Of a stretch of 64,000 nt of DNA, positions 13,133-25,030 are shown in pieces. The first letter of the stretch is position 1. Every line of letters starts with the position of its first letter. Made by a program: the position numbers and the translations under genes. The notes beneath the pieces were generated by a model. The model saw only the letters and a list, made by a program, of their open reading frames with translations, ran no database searches and was not told where the DNA came from. The DNA comes from Tubiluchus corallicola (taxonomy: Eukaryota; Animalia; Priapulida): assembly GCA_030141605.1 (NCBI GenBank), contig JAQGDQ010000102.1, forward strand, positions 372,961 through 436,960, given 5' to 3'.

Positions 13133-13222
13133 GTTCGTTTGTATGATCTTCTGCCTGGCACGGAACTGGTTCCTACTAACCCGCATACACTGAGGCCACA
13201 GACAATGAAATCACCAGTTCAG
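13133..13222 (+). CDS. A1CF: A1CF-like 90-nt exon (probable cassette exon)
   Basis: tttAG|GTT...CAG|GTttgt; symmetric phase 0-0; VRLYDLLPGTELVPTNPHTLRPQTMKSPVQ resembles the A1CF segment LYDILPGMELTPMNPVTLKPQ (from recall). Confidence 0.85.
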
Positions 13223-15293
13223 GTTTGTGGTTTTTCTTTAACATCAATCACTTGCTTGGAAAAAGATTGATTTCTTCACAGTTTTTCTTAGTTCTCGCTC
13301 CATTTCATCTTTCATTCACTACCCCCCCCCACATTTATGTATATAATATCATTATTTCAATTATTAATCATTTCTTTAAGATTTCCACGTACAGTTTGGC
13401 CTGTCAAGCTATGCTTTTAGGCTCAAACTGTATGCATCAAAATTATTCTGTAATGTAATTTGCACATGTATATGCTGCATAAGAATCTCTGTTGTAATTT
13501 CTGGATTATATTGCATTTATATTTATATTTACTTCAGTGAAATTATCTGTATTTTTATTATAACTGTAAGATGCAGTGTGGAAATAAATAAACTTAAACT
13601 TAAGAAATCTTAGAAGATGTAGTTTTCTAAATGTAAATTATTTTATTAGTGATAAAGTTGTTAATAAAGATTAACAGCTCATTAATTCTTTCGATGTGGA
13701 CTGTTAAGGGCTGAATAGGGGTGTTCAGGATTGGGGGCGATGTATGATTGTTATTGCTACTTTTTTGAATGTCTTGTAAATAGTTTAAAGCAAATGCATG
13801 ACTAGCTTTTCACCGCACATACGTGGAGAGTGTGCATGCATACACTCGAGTGCATCTGTGACTGTGACGCTTCTGGTGGAATGCACTTTGCCAATAAGAT
13901 TTGGAGAATTTACGAAAAACATTTTGTGTTGTTCTTATCTCACGGAACTGCTACTAATATCCTAATCTAAATATCGCCCAAACATACGTATAATATATAG
14001 GCAGTGGGCCCTGATATGCATGGTTATTCTTTTTTCTTCATAGCAAGAATATTACTGTTAGGTTAACTTTACACTTTATTTATCATAGCGAAGTATATGC
14101 AGGCTATAAGTGCAAGACTTGATTATCTAAACAGGAAGGAAATGAGAAATGTACGTATTGCTACTACAAGACTGCAAATGTTTTGTTATTGACAGCATCA
14201 CAGGGTAACTAATGCATTTGTAGTTCTGGCAAACTCTCAGACTGTGTGTCTAGACAACTTTTTTTCACCAGGATTTTATTAAGTGATAGGTTGGAGCTAA
14301 AATTACAGAATTTGACTGTCATTTTCTTATCTGTATTTATTCACACTTGTATTTACTGAAAACTGTTTAATTAGTACGTAAAAAATGTATAATAATATTT
14401 CTTATATACTATATCATATATTAATATTTATATTACATATGTGTTTATTAAAACTTAGTAATTGTTCTCATATGCTCAGCCATTATTGAGTGAAATGAAT
14501 TTTAATGTATGCATCATTTATGTAAATAGTTTTTGTTTTTAATTAATCTTCTCTTTTAATCCTTCTATGCAACTGATTTTATCTTATCTTTTTCTATCCG
14601 TATGTATTTTATGACTATGTCTGCGAGCCGAAATAAAAGATCAAATTTGTTGTTCAGGGTCTGGAACTTCGATCCCGTACCCCAATCCAGACTACTTGAT
14701 CCTGAAACTCAGTTACCATCTGAAACCCTGACCCTGAACAGCCTAGGGTTGATTCATCCCAGCAGACACAATTGCATTTTCACTGCATCTCAAAATGGTT
14801 TTCAAAAACTGTTTTCAGTACACAGGCTTTGAACTATTTTAAAATGAATAGTGAGGTGATGATATGGCTTGTGAAGACTTCTGTTTGCTATTTTAAAGCG
14901 ACGACATGCATTTTGTAACGGTAACACAACAAAAAACAACAGCATATCTTATAATATTTTGTAAGTTACTTACCTGTTATAGCATTTAAAAGATATTTTT
15001 ATATATATTTCTGAGCCTCAAAAACACAGTGTTTTTGATACTCTTTTAAAATGTTGTGAAAATGATGTATTTATTAGGAGTCTTGCATGTAACTTTGCAC
15101 ATCTTGAATAACTTTTGGCAAGGTTTACTAATTTTTTATTAATTATTAACTTACTAATTAATTTACTAATTAGTAATTAATTTTGTCTTATTACACCTGG
15201 AACCAGACACCCGAAATAAAATTAAATTCTAACAAATTCTAAAAACATGGAAATTTGATCAACACCAAGTGTAGTGTTTTAATTATATGTATG

Positions 15294-15956
15294 TAGGGAT
15301 GTTACCAATAACGATACCTAATGTCGATTATCCTGTCAATAATTATTGATTATCGCATCGATGGCGATAAAAATCATTTTATTGTTATTATTCTCTGAAA
15401 ATCGTTTCGAAATTGGCTCGTATTGTTGCTTGTCCCTCACGATTTCTCTTTGCTTTTTTCATTTATGCACTGGAGTTGTGCAAAAAATTAAAAAAAGAAT
15501 TATTTGCAAGATTGTTCAAGTAATTTTCTTTTACTTTCTTCCGGCAGTAGTCTCTGTCCTCAATCGGGTTAGTGACGTGCAAATCCCCTGTGCAGTATCT
15601 TTTAGAGGCATTTTCCCAGTTATGTGAAGGCAGTACAACACACTTCAATAAATGTATTATGTAGTAATAGATCTCTGTAATGTATTTATCAGTTGCAGCT
15701 CATACATTAATATAATTTTATGACTAAACAAGGAAGAGAACTTTGTCATAAAGTTACGTGTATCTGTACATTAATTGAGAAACAACCTTCAAAAATCAGT
15801 ATTGCAATACACTGAGGCATCGTTTAGTATCGTTTATATCGTTCGAAATAATTATCGCCTCGTATCGTATCAACTGAAAAACAGATTATCGATATTGTAT
15901 CATTGGAAAGTGTATCATATCATATTGTTATATCTATGTACCGTTTAACATCTCTA
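15294..15956. mobile_element. hAT-type MITE
   Basis: TIRs TAGGGATGTTA / TAACATCTCTA; TATCG-rich subterminal repeats; TSD not preserved. Confidence 0.65.
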
Positions 15957-16363
15957 GGTTTAATATATGTATGTTATTTCTTATATCTATCTTCTTGGAC
16001 AAATGCATGGCATTAACTTTTCGCTGGCTTGCATAATTTTAATTTATCACTTTTGCCATTGTCCATACAGAGCAGTGTTTCTCAAGTTAGACAAGTGCAT
16101 GAAAGAATTTCCCATAATACAAGTAACGAAAGTAACACTCTCTTTATAATTTAGCCGGCCAATGCTACTAAGTGAGTCTTCTTCGCAGTTCGTCTAAGTT
16201 CTTAGACAGTCGTTTTAGGGTGCGCGACCTAATTGAGACTTCTCCACCGTGGGCCTAAATTTTTAGGCAGTCGTGTTAGCGTGTGTGATTAAAAATTCAG
16301 ACTTCCCGACAGTGGGTCTCATTGCTGTGGCGTTCATTTTAACAACTCTTTTTTGTCTTGTAG

Positions 16364-16471
16364 GTGCTGGATGAATTCTGTCAGAAGAACAACTGGGGCG
16401 TACCTCAGTTTCATCTGTTTTCCACGAACCAACCATCAGCTGCGGGTGACAGCCTGCTATTTGTCTTCAAG
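16364..16471 (+). CDS. A1CF: A1CF-like exon: N-terminal half of dsRBD-like (DND1_DSRM-type) domain
   Basis: tcttgtAG|GTG...AAG|GTaccg; VLDEFCQKNNWGVPQFHLFSTNQPSAAGDSLLFVFK matches the family motif LEEICQKNNWGQPVYQL...FLYK. Confidence 0.9.
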
Positions 16472-16479
16472 GTACCGTA

Positions 16480-16750
16480 TTTTTTATTTACCCACTCGGG
16501 CTCTGTGCTCTAAAACACTTAAAAACAGGGCCGACTCAAAGGGTTGTGTGACATGACCGGAGCTGGATTCATAATCAAGGATGTCACTATAAGATGAGCC
16601 ACTGAACCAGTAGAGGTATCACTTTCCTGTTCGGATGTGTGCACATACTCTCTCTACGACATAAACGGTCTTGGTTTGCATGACACCGTCCAGAGCGGGT
16701 ATTGAACCCATGTTGCCCAGGGAATGCTGACCCTAGGCCACTGATCTCTC
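16480..16750 (-). mobile_element. tRNA-derived SINE
   Basis: Minus strand: A-box-like TGGCCTAGGG, B-box-like GGGTTCAATACC, A-rich tail ending just downstream of the exon donor at 16472. Confidence 0.55.
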
Positions 16751-16957
16751 CACTCTGTAAATTTTGGTGCGTATTGAGTAATACTGTCTTTAATAATTCT
16801 GCATAAGACTGTTGGACCATCTCTAATAATTCAAGAAAACCTTGCCTTGAAATTTTATTAATTGCAAAGGAAGTTTATTTGGTTACTACTAACTGTGTAC
16901 AGAAAAATAGTTATTTGATACATTTTTTGAGCAGCAAACCCTTTTTGTACGTCACAG

Positions 16958-17078
16958 GTTATTGTGCCAGGTTTCTCGCTACAGCCGTTCATGCCTACCA
17001 AACTGTGCAAAACTGTGGAAGAGGCAAAGACATATGCATCGGAGTTTGTTCTTAATCAGCTGGGACTCAATGTAGAAG
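16958..17078 (+). CDS. A1CF: A1CF-like exon: C-terminal half of dsRBD-like domain
   Basis: tcacAG|GTT...GAA G|GTgcat; VIVPGFSLQPFMPTKLCKTVEEAKTYASEFVLNQLGLNVE (EEAKTYAAE-type alpha2 helix). Confidence 0.9.
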
Positions 17079-17288
17079 GTGCATTTTGCATTTTTATATC
17101 TATATATTGCAAAGTAATCAAGTTCGGTTTATCAAGTAATCAGTAATGATTTATTCCATCATCAAAGCGTGTAAAACTGATACGGAAGATTTTATGAAGG
17201 TAACTGAGAGTTGTACAAATTTAACAAATTACAAAAATTGCAGAAGTAGTTGAAGATCTCTAACTCACCCAGGTAATTCACAAGCATG

Positions 17289-17757
17289 TTCAGACTAGAG
17301 AGCAAAACTCGATGTGAGTTGCTTTCCCACAGTTAGTGTGAGTGACATTCCCTTCTCTATTCACTGTGAGAAGTGTCGAAAGTTACTCAGCAAGGCATTC
17401 ATACGAGACAGTAACACAGCTGTCGCAGCAAGTTACTGTCCGTGAGTTTGCAATAACTTGCTAACAGTAACTCGTTAAACAGTTCACATTGTGAGTTTGA
17501 GGCATTCACACGCGACAGTAACACAGCTGTCGCAGCAAGTTACTGTCCGTAAGTTTGCAATAACTTGCTAACAGTAACTTGTAAAACAGTTCACATTGTA
17601 AGTTTGAAGCATTCACACGAGACAGTAACACAGCTGTCGCAGCAAGTTACTGTCCGTGAGTTTGCAATAACTTGCTAACAGTAACTCGTAAAACAGTTCA
17701 CATTGTGAGTTTGCTGTCTGAGAGAAAACTCGCGACAGAAAACTCGCTAGACTGAAT
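17289..17757. mobile_element. TIR element carrying 3 x 107-bp internal tandem repeat (17394-17712)
   Basis: Ends TTCAGACTAGAGAG / CTCGCTAGACTGAA; units start at 17394, 17501 and 17608. Confidence 0.75.
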
Positions 17758-17806
17758 TCGTCATAAGACTCAACCATTTAATGTTGTTCATAAAATTTTT
17801 CTTCAG

Positions 17807-18177
17807 GTCAAAATACGACATCCGTTGTCGAAAGTGATGATTTTAATCGCCTGCCCGATGATTTCTCGTTGGGTGGGCTGCCCTCTCAGCTGAGTAATCT
17901 TGCTTTGTCGTCTCCAATGGGTGGGCCACCTCCGCCTGCAATGCCGCCGAAGCTTTCCGCTTTCCATTCCACGCCGAATCCTTCCGCCACTGCAACTTCC
18001 TCCACTCATCTGCCTGTGAATTCCGGACATAGTTTGAGCTCGATGCTGAGCCAGTTGAACATACCTATGGCAATGTCGTCTGCCTCCCCGTACCAGAATC
18101 AACCACCACCGCTTCCCGTAAACTCCTCGTTCCAGCAACACGAATCGAATACCTACTTTAGACACCTGACTTCCTAA
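17807..18177 (+). CDS. A1CF: A1CF-like C-terminal exon A (long Ser/Pro/Gln-rich tail, own stop)
   Basis: ttttcttcAG|GT; phase-1 compatible; open frame GQNTTSVVESDDFNRLPDDFSLGGLPSQL...FRHLTS* with GC-rich coding-like composition; donor AC|GTAAGA at 18194. Confidence 0.75.
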
Positions 18178-18341
18178 GAATTCCTTTTCAGACGTAAGAT
18201 TACTTTGTTCGTAATTTCTGCATGAAACTGTTTGTTAACGGTGTTTACACCATAGCATGAAAATGTTTGTATTTTTAGCAAGTACTAGTGAACTTTAAAA
18301 AATGCAGTAAGTATAAATTAAAAAAGAATTTTTAATAACTG

Positions 18342-18709
18342 TAGGGTTTCAGAATGTATCATGGCAGTAACAGTTTATTAATGCTGTTAAACGATAATTA
18401 TCGATACAGAAAATAGCCTATAGTATCATTACTACAACAAAAGATCATTATCGTATCAGTACCAAGACGTATGGCAGATGCATGTAAATCTGTGCTACAC
18501 CTAATTATGAAAAGGAATTGCTAAATTCCCACAACCCAGACAGAAATTAATTATGCAATAAAGTTAGTCTCTGATTCGAGACATAGTTATCACTCATGTC
18601 AAGTCGATTTTCTCGAAAAATGTATCAGTCTTTATCAAATTTAGAAATGCATCTTATCGTGTCGATCAACAACAGTACAATGTATTGTATTTTTGAACTG
18701 CACAACTCT
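18342..18709. mobile_element. Degenerate hAT-type MITE related to 15294-15956
   Basis: TAGGG...CTCTA ends; CGATAATTATCGATA and TATCG motifs. Confidence 0.45.
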
Positions 18710-19007
18710 ATGAACTATCACCAGTTTTGTTCGTGCACCAACTGTTTGTGATGTACTATGTAGTTGAATAGTTTGGCTTTTTGGATATTTTTCTCTAGCT
18801 GATACTGCTACATTCTGAAATTCTCTTATCTGGTATTTTTTCTTAAGTTCATTTATTTATTTTTTGTATAGCATAAATATCTATATAATTATGAATATTT
18901 GGCAACATTAACATGTATTTATGTTGTAAAGGTTTAACAACATTAACAAGTATTTCTGTTGTAATTGTTTGGCAATATTAATGTGTATTTGTTTACTTAT
19001 TTTTCAG

Positions 19008-19078
19008 TTCATCCAGAATTGTATAATTTCTACAATGATACCCAGGAGCAAGTCTACCAGCAGCCACAATTTTCTTAG
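19008..19078 (+). CDS. A1CF: A1CF-like C-terminal exon B (short tail), followed by long 3' UTR
   Basis: ttatttttcAG|TT; with the phase-1 G from exon 16958-17078 it reads VHPELYNFYNDTQEQVYQQPQFS*. Confidence 0.6.
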
Positions 19079-22000
19079 AGTTCAGTTTTTATAATTTTCA
19101 ATTTGCGCAGTTTTTGTTTTTTCTTCAGTTTACAGTGAGCCACTACACTTTCCGTCGGCATTTATGCTGTTTAAACAACTGTGTCAGAGGAAACTGTGAG
19201 TTATTAATTGACTGTTTCCAAATTGTGATCCGTTTTTGTCCAAGGATTTATTGTCAAAGTTATTTTTGGCATTTTTTCGTTTAATTCAAATTATGTTTTA
19301 CCATTTTTACGTCATTCGTATGCCACGCGGGTTGTAGTATTTGGGTACGAGCCCGCGTAGATGCCTTATTGACCTCGTAACTGATATTGGTATCGGTGAG
19401 CATTTTTTCATGTGGAGCTTGTAAGATTGAAGGTAAGGTTGCAGTCAGTTCAAAGTCCCACTTTGCTGAGCATACTGTTGATTTCGACGTCTGGTTGATG
19501 ATAACGAGTCTGGTAAGCGCAGGGCTTGGCATCTGTTTTGTTGACATTGAGGGCTGTACTGTTTAGATGAAGTGGCTTTTTTATAAGGCTAATCAAACAG
19601 TTTGAGAACTTGTGCCGATTTAAGCATCATGTAGTAATATCGTCTTTTGCTCTACTTTTTTGCTTTGTACGAAAATAGCTCTAGTGTCACTGCCATGAAT
19701 ATGGAATTTTTAGGACTAAAATACTTTTTTGCACAATCAGAGATGTTCGTCAACTTGACATGTACTTGGGCTCATTTTTAGGAAGATAAAATGAGCATGA
19801 GTATAAGCTTTCATTTTCACAGAAGTGATTCGGAAAACTTTGAAATGAGCAAAAAATTCTACATTTGTAGTTCATAATTAAAAGTACAAGTAAAAACAAA
19901 AATTTTATGAAGTCTCCTAACCCTGTTCATTGTGTAACAGTAGCAGCTTGGTGTACATAATTCTATAAGATATTTTAGCCAAAAAATAGTACCTTTGAAA
20001 GATAATTTAGTAAAAGAAGTAACGCCTTTGTAAAATATTTTAGCCCAAAAAAGTAGTACCTTTGAAAGTATTTTAGCCAAAAAAATAGTGTCTTTGAAAG
20101 ATACTTTAACAAAAAAAGTAGTACCTTCGAAAGTATTTTTGCCAAAAAAGTTGTACCTTTAAAAGTTATTTTAGCCAAAAAAGTAGTACCTTTGAAAGAT
20201 ATTTTATCCGTAAAAATTAGTGCCTTTGAAAGATTTTTAGCTAAGTAACTAGTGCCTTTGAAAGATTTAAGTCGCTCTGGTGCCAAATACTGATATAAAA
20301 ATATTTATCATTTATATAGATAGCCTTATGCATGTGCCTAATTAAAATTGAAACCAAAGACTAACCAATTATGGACATTTGTGATAAGTTTGAAAATTCC
20401 AATACCACTATATAAACGAGTTATAAAATTGTTAGTAATCGCATTTTAATGAGTTGCTTTTAAAATTCCCGAAAAATTCTTATCGTATTTTAACTATTTT
20501 TGCGTTGCGTAATTACCAATTAGATTTTAATGTATGCGTTTGACAATTTCATATTAATTATTACCTTTTATGCTCTGTGGTTGTGTTTAATTAGATATAC
20601 ATAATTATATATTAAGAATATTGTTCTGAGTCCGTGTATTGAAAGCACATTTTTAAATGTCCAGAGCTTTTCAGTAAAACCTTGTTATCGTCATGATGCT
20701 TCCATAATTTTTTTCCTTACTTTGGTGTCAATTTACTTATGAGCCAATATTATTTGCTTTAAGTACACATTAAAGTACCATGCAAAACAAGGCAAGTACA
20801 CATTTAACGCCAGCATGCAGTGAGACACTTGTAAGTGAAACAAAATTTCAAGACAAATTTTTAAGCTTTATTTATGAAAATTGTTTTCTTTTGCTTTAAA
20901 TTTTAGACTTAAAGTAATTTAAGCACTTCTTCCTGTTTGCGTATGCAGCTCCCTCGTGATGATACAATCCCTTGCTGGAAAGCTTTGAATATTTAATAAA
21001 GCTTTATCTATATTTAAGTGTATTAATAGTTGTTTTAATTAATTAGAGATTTAGAATGTGTTATTATAGTCAGATATGCCTACAGACTTAAACCTGTGAA
21101 CATATTTACACTTATTCTTTTGCCCACCTAAAGATTAGTTATCTCTGCTGATAGTATGACCTAATTTCAACTGTGAATATGATCATATGACAAGGTTAAT
21201 ATCCACTTGATAGATGCATTTCCTTGACTTTTTTGCTGTTTGAACATTTTCAGTTTTAAACGGTGATATATCATGTAAATTTATCAGTTCATCAACAGTA
21301 GTATGTTAGTGTTCATCACCGTTGTTGTAAGCTTTAATTTCCCGATGTGTTATCGTATAACTTTGATAACTTCACTTTCTTGTGACAGTATTACTTCAAC
21401 CCCTCTCTCTTAAATGTGTTGATTTTCGTTTTGCCACTTGACTCAAATTATTGCAGTAGAAAATCTGTCTCTTTTCAAGAAGCAGCTTTGGTATCAACAG
21501 CGTTGCTGTCAGGTGTTTAAAATAGCAATTTATCATTATTTTCTTATTTTTAGTGCCAAATTTTACTTCCACAGTTAATAATATGAAAGAGCTAAAACAT
21601 TAGCGGAAATTTCCTCAATTTTGACCAAACATTTTCACCTGTAATTTTTGATTTAGTAAAATTCTCTAAAGCGAATTCTCTAAACTTTCTGTGCTGTGAT
21701 GTGCTATAAACATTCCTTGTGTTCTTAATTTTTTAATGTTATTTGTGCGTACTTATACGCACTGAGGGTTATTCTGCCTGTAATACATTTATTCACCAAA
21801 AAATTAGTATGAATACTTATGTACAGTCGGAATACCAAAAAACCCCGTGCATACAGGTACACCGAAGTGTGATAAGCAATGATGTATTATATTTTTAACA
21901 ACATCTATTTTTGAAACAATAATACATATGTGCCGTCCTCGTATTTGTAAGTACTGAGCGAAAATATAGCTGTAGGAAACTAACTGGTTCAATGTGAAAT

Positions 22001-23950
22001 CATTTACCACAAAATTTCAGATGGTTCCTTAAATATCACAAAATTTTTAAGTCCTTAAATTTCAACTGTGGAATTTCTAGCTGGGAAAAATTGCCGCGTA
22101 TTATGGCGATGTGATTTAGATTTCAGAATAACATAATATAAGTTTAATGTTCTTGTTTAGCAAGTTCTTATTTTTGCAGAACGTTTTTATGGAGTCATAG
22201 TGTTCCTACTATTTTTGATACTCATTCAGAACTCTCTTATTTTTCACTTTGCTTAACGGTGTCTTGCCTCAGTATTTATAGATATCCAGTCTGAAAGGTG
22301 ACTGTAAAATACGAGAAACTTAAGCCGTATCAATGGGTCTGTAACTGTGCGCCGCAGTATAAATACAAACCGTGCGGCACTCGGCATGAAGATCATTGCG
22401 AGTTGTCGCACGTTAAACGTTCGACTCTCCTTGCAAATTTCTTCCTAATGAAAATCTTGAATTCGTCCGAGTTTTGAAATAATCGGAAATCTGGATCTCT
22501 AGTCAAAGATTTTCCAGAAGAAAATCCGCTAAAATCAAGGGAATTTACTCGTGTTTTCATTTGCGAATGGTTTAATCAGTGAAGAACGTTGATGCTGGCA
22601 TTAAAATGCATGATAGATTTGCTGAAATTTTTTTAAAAATTGTGAAGAAATTCCTAGAAATTCATATTGATTCGTAGTTAGTATTTCTGTGAATATCTAA
22701 TCCGTGTCGCTGGTATGTTTAAAAACTTTCTAAAGTTTCGTAGTGATTGTCCGTACTTCATGTTTTATTCCAAAATGGTTAGATTTTTTCCACATGGCCT
22801 TAGAGGCGAACTCACGTGCACACCATTGTAACATTCGCATGGCTTTGGCGAAATGCATTTATGTCCCACTGGTCACACTTACATGTTTTATAGGTAGACT
22901 CACTATAACAATATAAATGTTACGATGTCGTGCATGTGTGTATGACTTGCGAGACTTTGTGAATTCGTGGAGACATATTATTTGTAAAAATCGTTAGGGT
23001 GAACGCAGTATAAGAACTACAGAATTTGCTCGATGGGCTATTTCGAAGTTGATATATTGCTTAAGTTTTAGAATTCTAGTGATATTTTATTTTTGTTTCT
23101 ATGCTTGCGGTTATGTGCTATTTTAGTTCAGTTAGTTTTGTGGCATGTTTTGCAAACAAAGTTGGTTCAGTTTTTTGTCATATTTTATAGTTTAACATAT
23201 ACATAGTTTGTTTTACATAGTTTTTGTTGTAAGAGTTTGTTATTATTTTTAACATTTTTGGGCATTTGTATAGCTGCACATCAGCACATATGTTAAAAGA
23301 GTATCGTGGTGCCCTCTAGTTTGCAAAAAAATATCTTTACATGCATAAATTCTAGGCGCACTCATTACGTTACTTTTCCTAGGCATCTTACAGTTTTTAG
23401 CATGTCTACTATTTTATACACAGTATCTGATAAAAAGGTTTTTTATCGGAAACCGATATTATGTTTGTTAAAATTTGGATCTACATGTATATCCTTTTAT
23501 ATACATATTAATTATTATATTAAACCCACTGCATAGTTTTTCATAAAACAACATTTGGCATGATCTTGCAAACATTAATACTTAATTAACAAGTGCAAAT
23601 TAGTCTAAGTTTGTTTCTCGTGAATATGTAATTTAAGTTAATTTATTCAGATTAGTTCAACTTGCGCAAATGAAAATATTTTTAATAGCTGTTTTAATTA
23701 TGTTTGTTATAAAAAGTAGAATAATTTGCGAACGATTTTCGGTGTTTAATGCAGCCCACCATACCGTGAACGTTCCAGTGTTGTTATTGTGAAAAAGTTA
23801 TGCAGGTACATGGGTGACCGTTTTAAACGTGTTGCAAACCTTTTAGAGTTCGAATTGCTTCTTCACATCATAAGATACAATGTGCTATGGTCAGAATTCA
23901 AGGTGTAAACCTGTAAATGTTAGTTGTAATTTGACATGAACAATTAAAGT
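19079..23950 (+). other. Putative long AU-rich 3' UTR of the A1CF-like gene
   Basis: U-rich and largely free of the MITEs that fill the introns; AATAAA at about 20995 and ATTAAA at about 23943 followed by U/GU-rich sequence. The end is inferred. Confidence 0.4.
19966..20268. repeat. About 33-bp minisatellite (about 9 units) in putative 3' UTR
   Basis: aagatattttagccaaaaaa(g)tagtacctttga repeated. Confidence 0.88.
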
Positions 23951-24881
23951 TGCATTCTGTTTTTAAAACATTAATGTTGCCTTTATGCATTTTTTATCAG
24001 TGCAAATCTTGATTTTGTTTTAGTATTAGTAGAAGTAGTATTAAATCTCCAGTAGTTATAATATAACTTTTGAGACAAATAGTTCTTCGACTGTAATTGC
24101 TACAAATTGCACATACATTAGATTGTCATCAACACCTAGGTGACTCCACTGGCAGGTTTTCTCACTATAATATGTAATCCAGCATCCTTGTTATAGGCGT
24201 GTTCCAATTAGCATGGTGATTAAATTTCAATGGATGATGTTTATAGTGTCTATCTAATTTTGATTTAACTTGTAACCTGCTGCCCGCCTCTCAATTAAGC
24301 ACGTTTTATCTATAACAAATGTGATCAGTCAACTCGCTGATACATCATACATAGGTATACAGAATCTGGGCAGAGATGATACATACAGTAATTCAGATTT
24401 TTGAATTAATTTTTACCATAATACATGCAAATGGTAGACAATTCTAAAATACAAGTATACGTAAGTTATATGTATGTGAAAATAAATTAAAACTCCCTGC
24501 TCAAATGATGAACAATGCTGACGTGAATTTAATTATATTCTGATTCTGTATCTTATACAGCCCATGTGCTTCTGATTTTTTACTATTATTCGCATGTGCA
24601 TTTAAAGATGCCCTGTATTTTCAATATTGTAAGCAGGACTAAAATAACATGGCTACTATATTTTCTCAGCAGACCACATCATTTGCGACGTGCCTTCTAT
24701 TCTTATCGGCTAATTTGTAGAACATGAAAATGAAAATCTACAGAAATGTTTACTTAAGTCGTTCTAGGTGGCAACACCTTACAGCAATATGTTACATGGT
24801 TGTCCAATTAGAAATAATTAGGATTGAACCAAAATAAGTATTATAATACTGACAACAATATTATAGTTTCATTTGGTTTCA

Positions 24882-24885
24882 TATG

Positions 24886-24922
<37 letters not shown>

Positions 24923-24951
24923 CTATGAATATATGTATATATATGAAACTA

Positions 24952-25001
<50 letters not shown>

Positions 25002-25030
25002 TGCGTATGTGCGTGAATGCGTGCGTGTGT
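24882..25030. repeat. Compound (TA)n/(TG)n/(GCGT)n microsatellite
   Basis: Seen directly. Confidence 0.92.

Noticed and set aside
17394-17712. CRISPR-like regular repeat
   Set aside because: Units are contiguous with no unique spacers; eukaryotic context and no cas genes.
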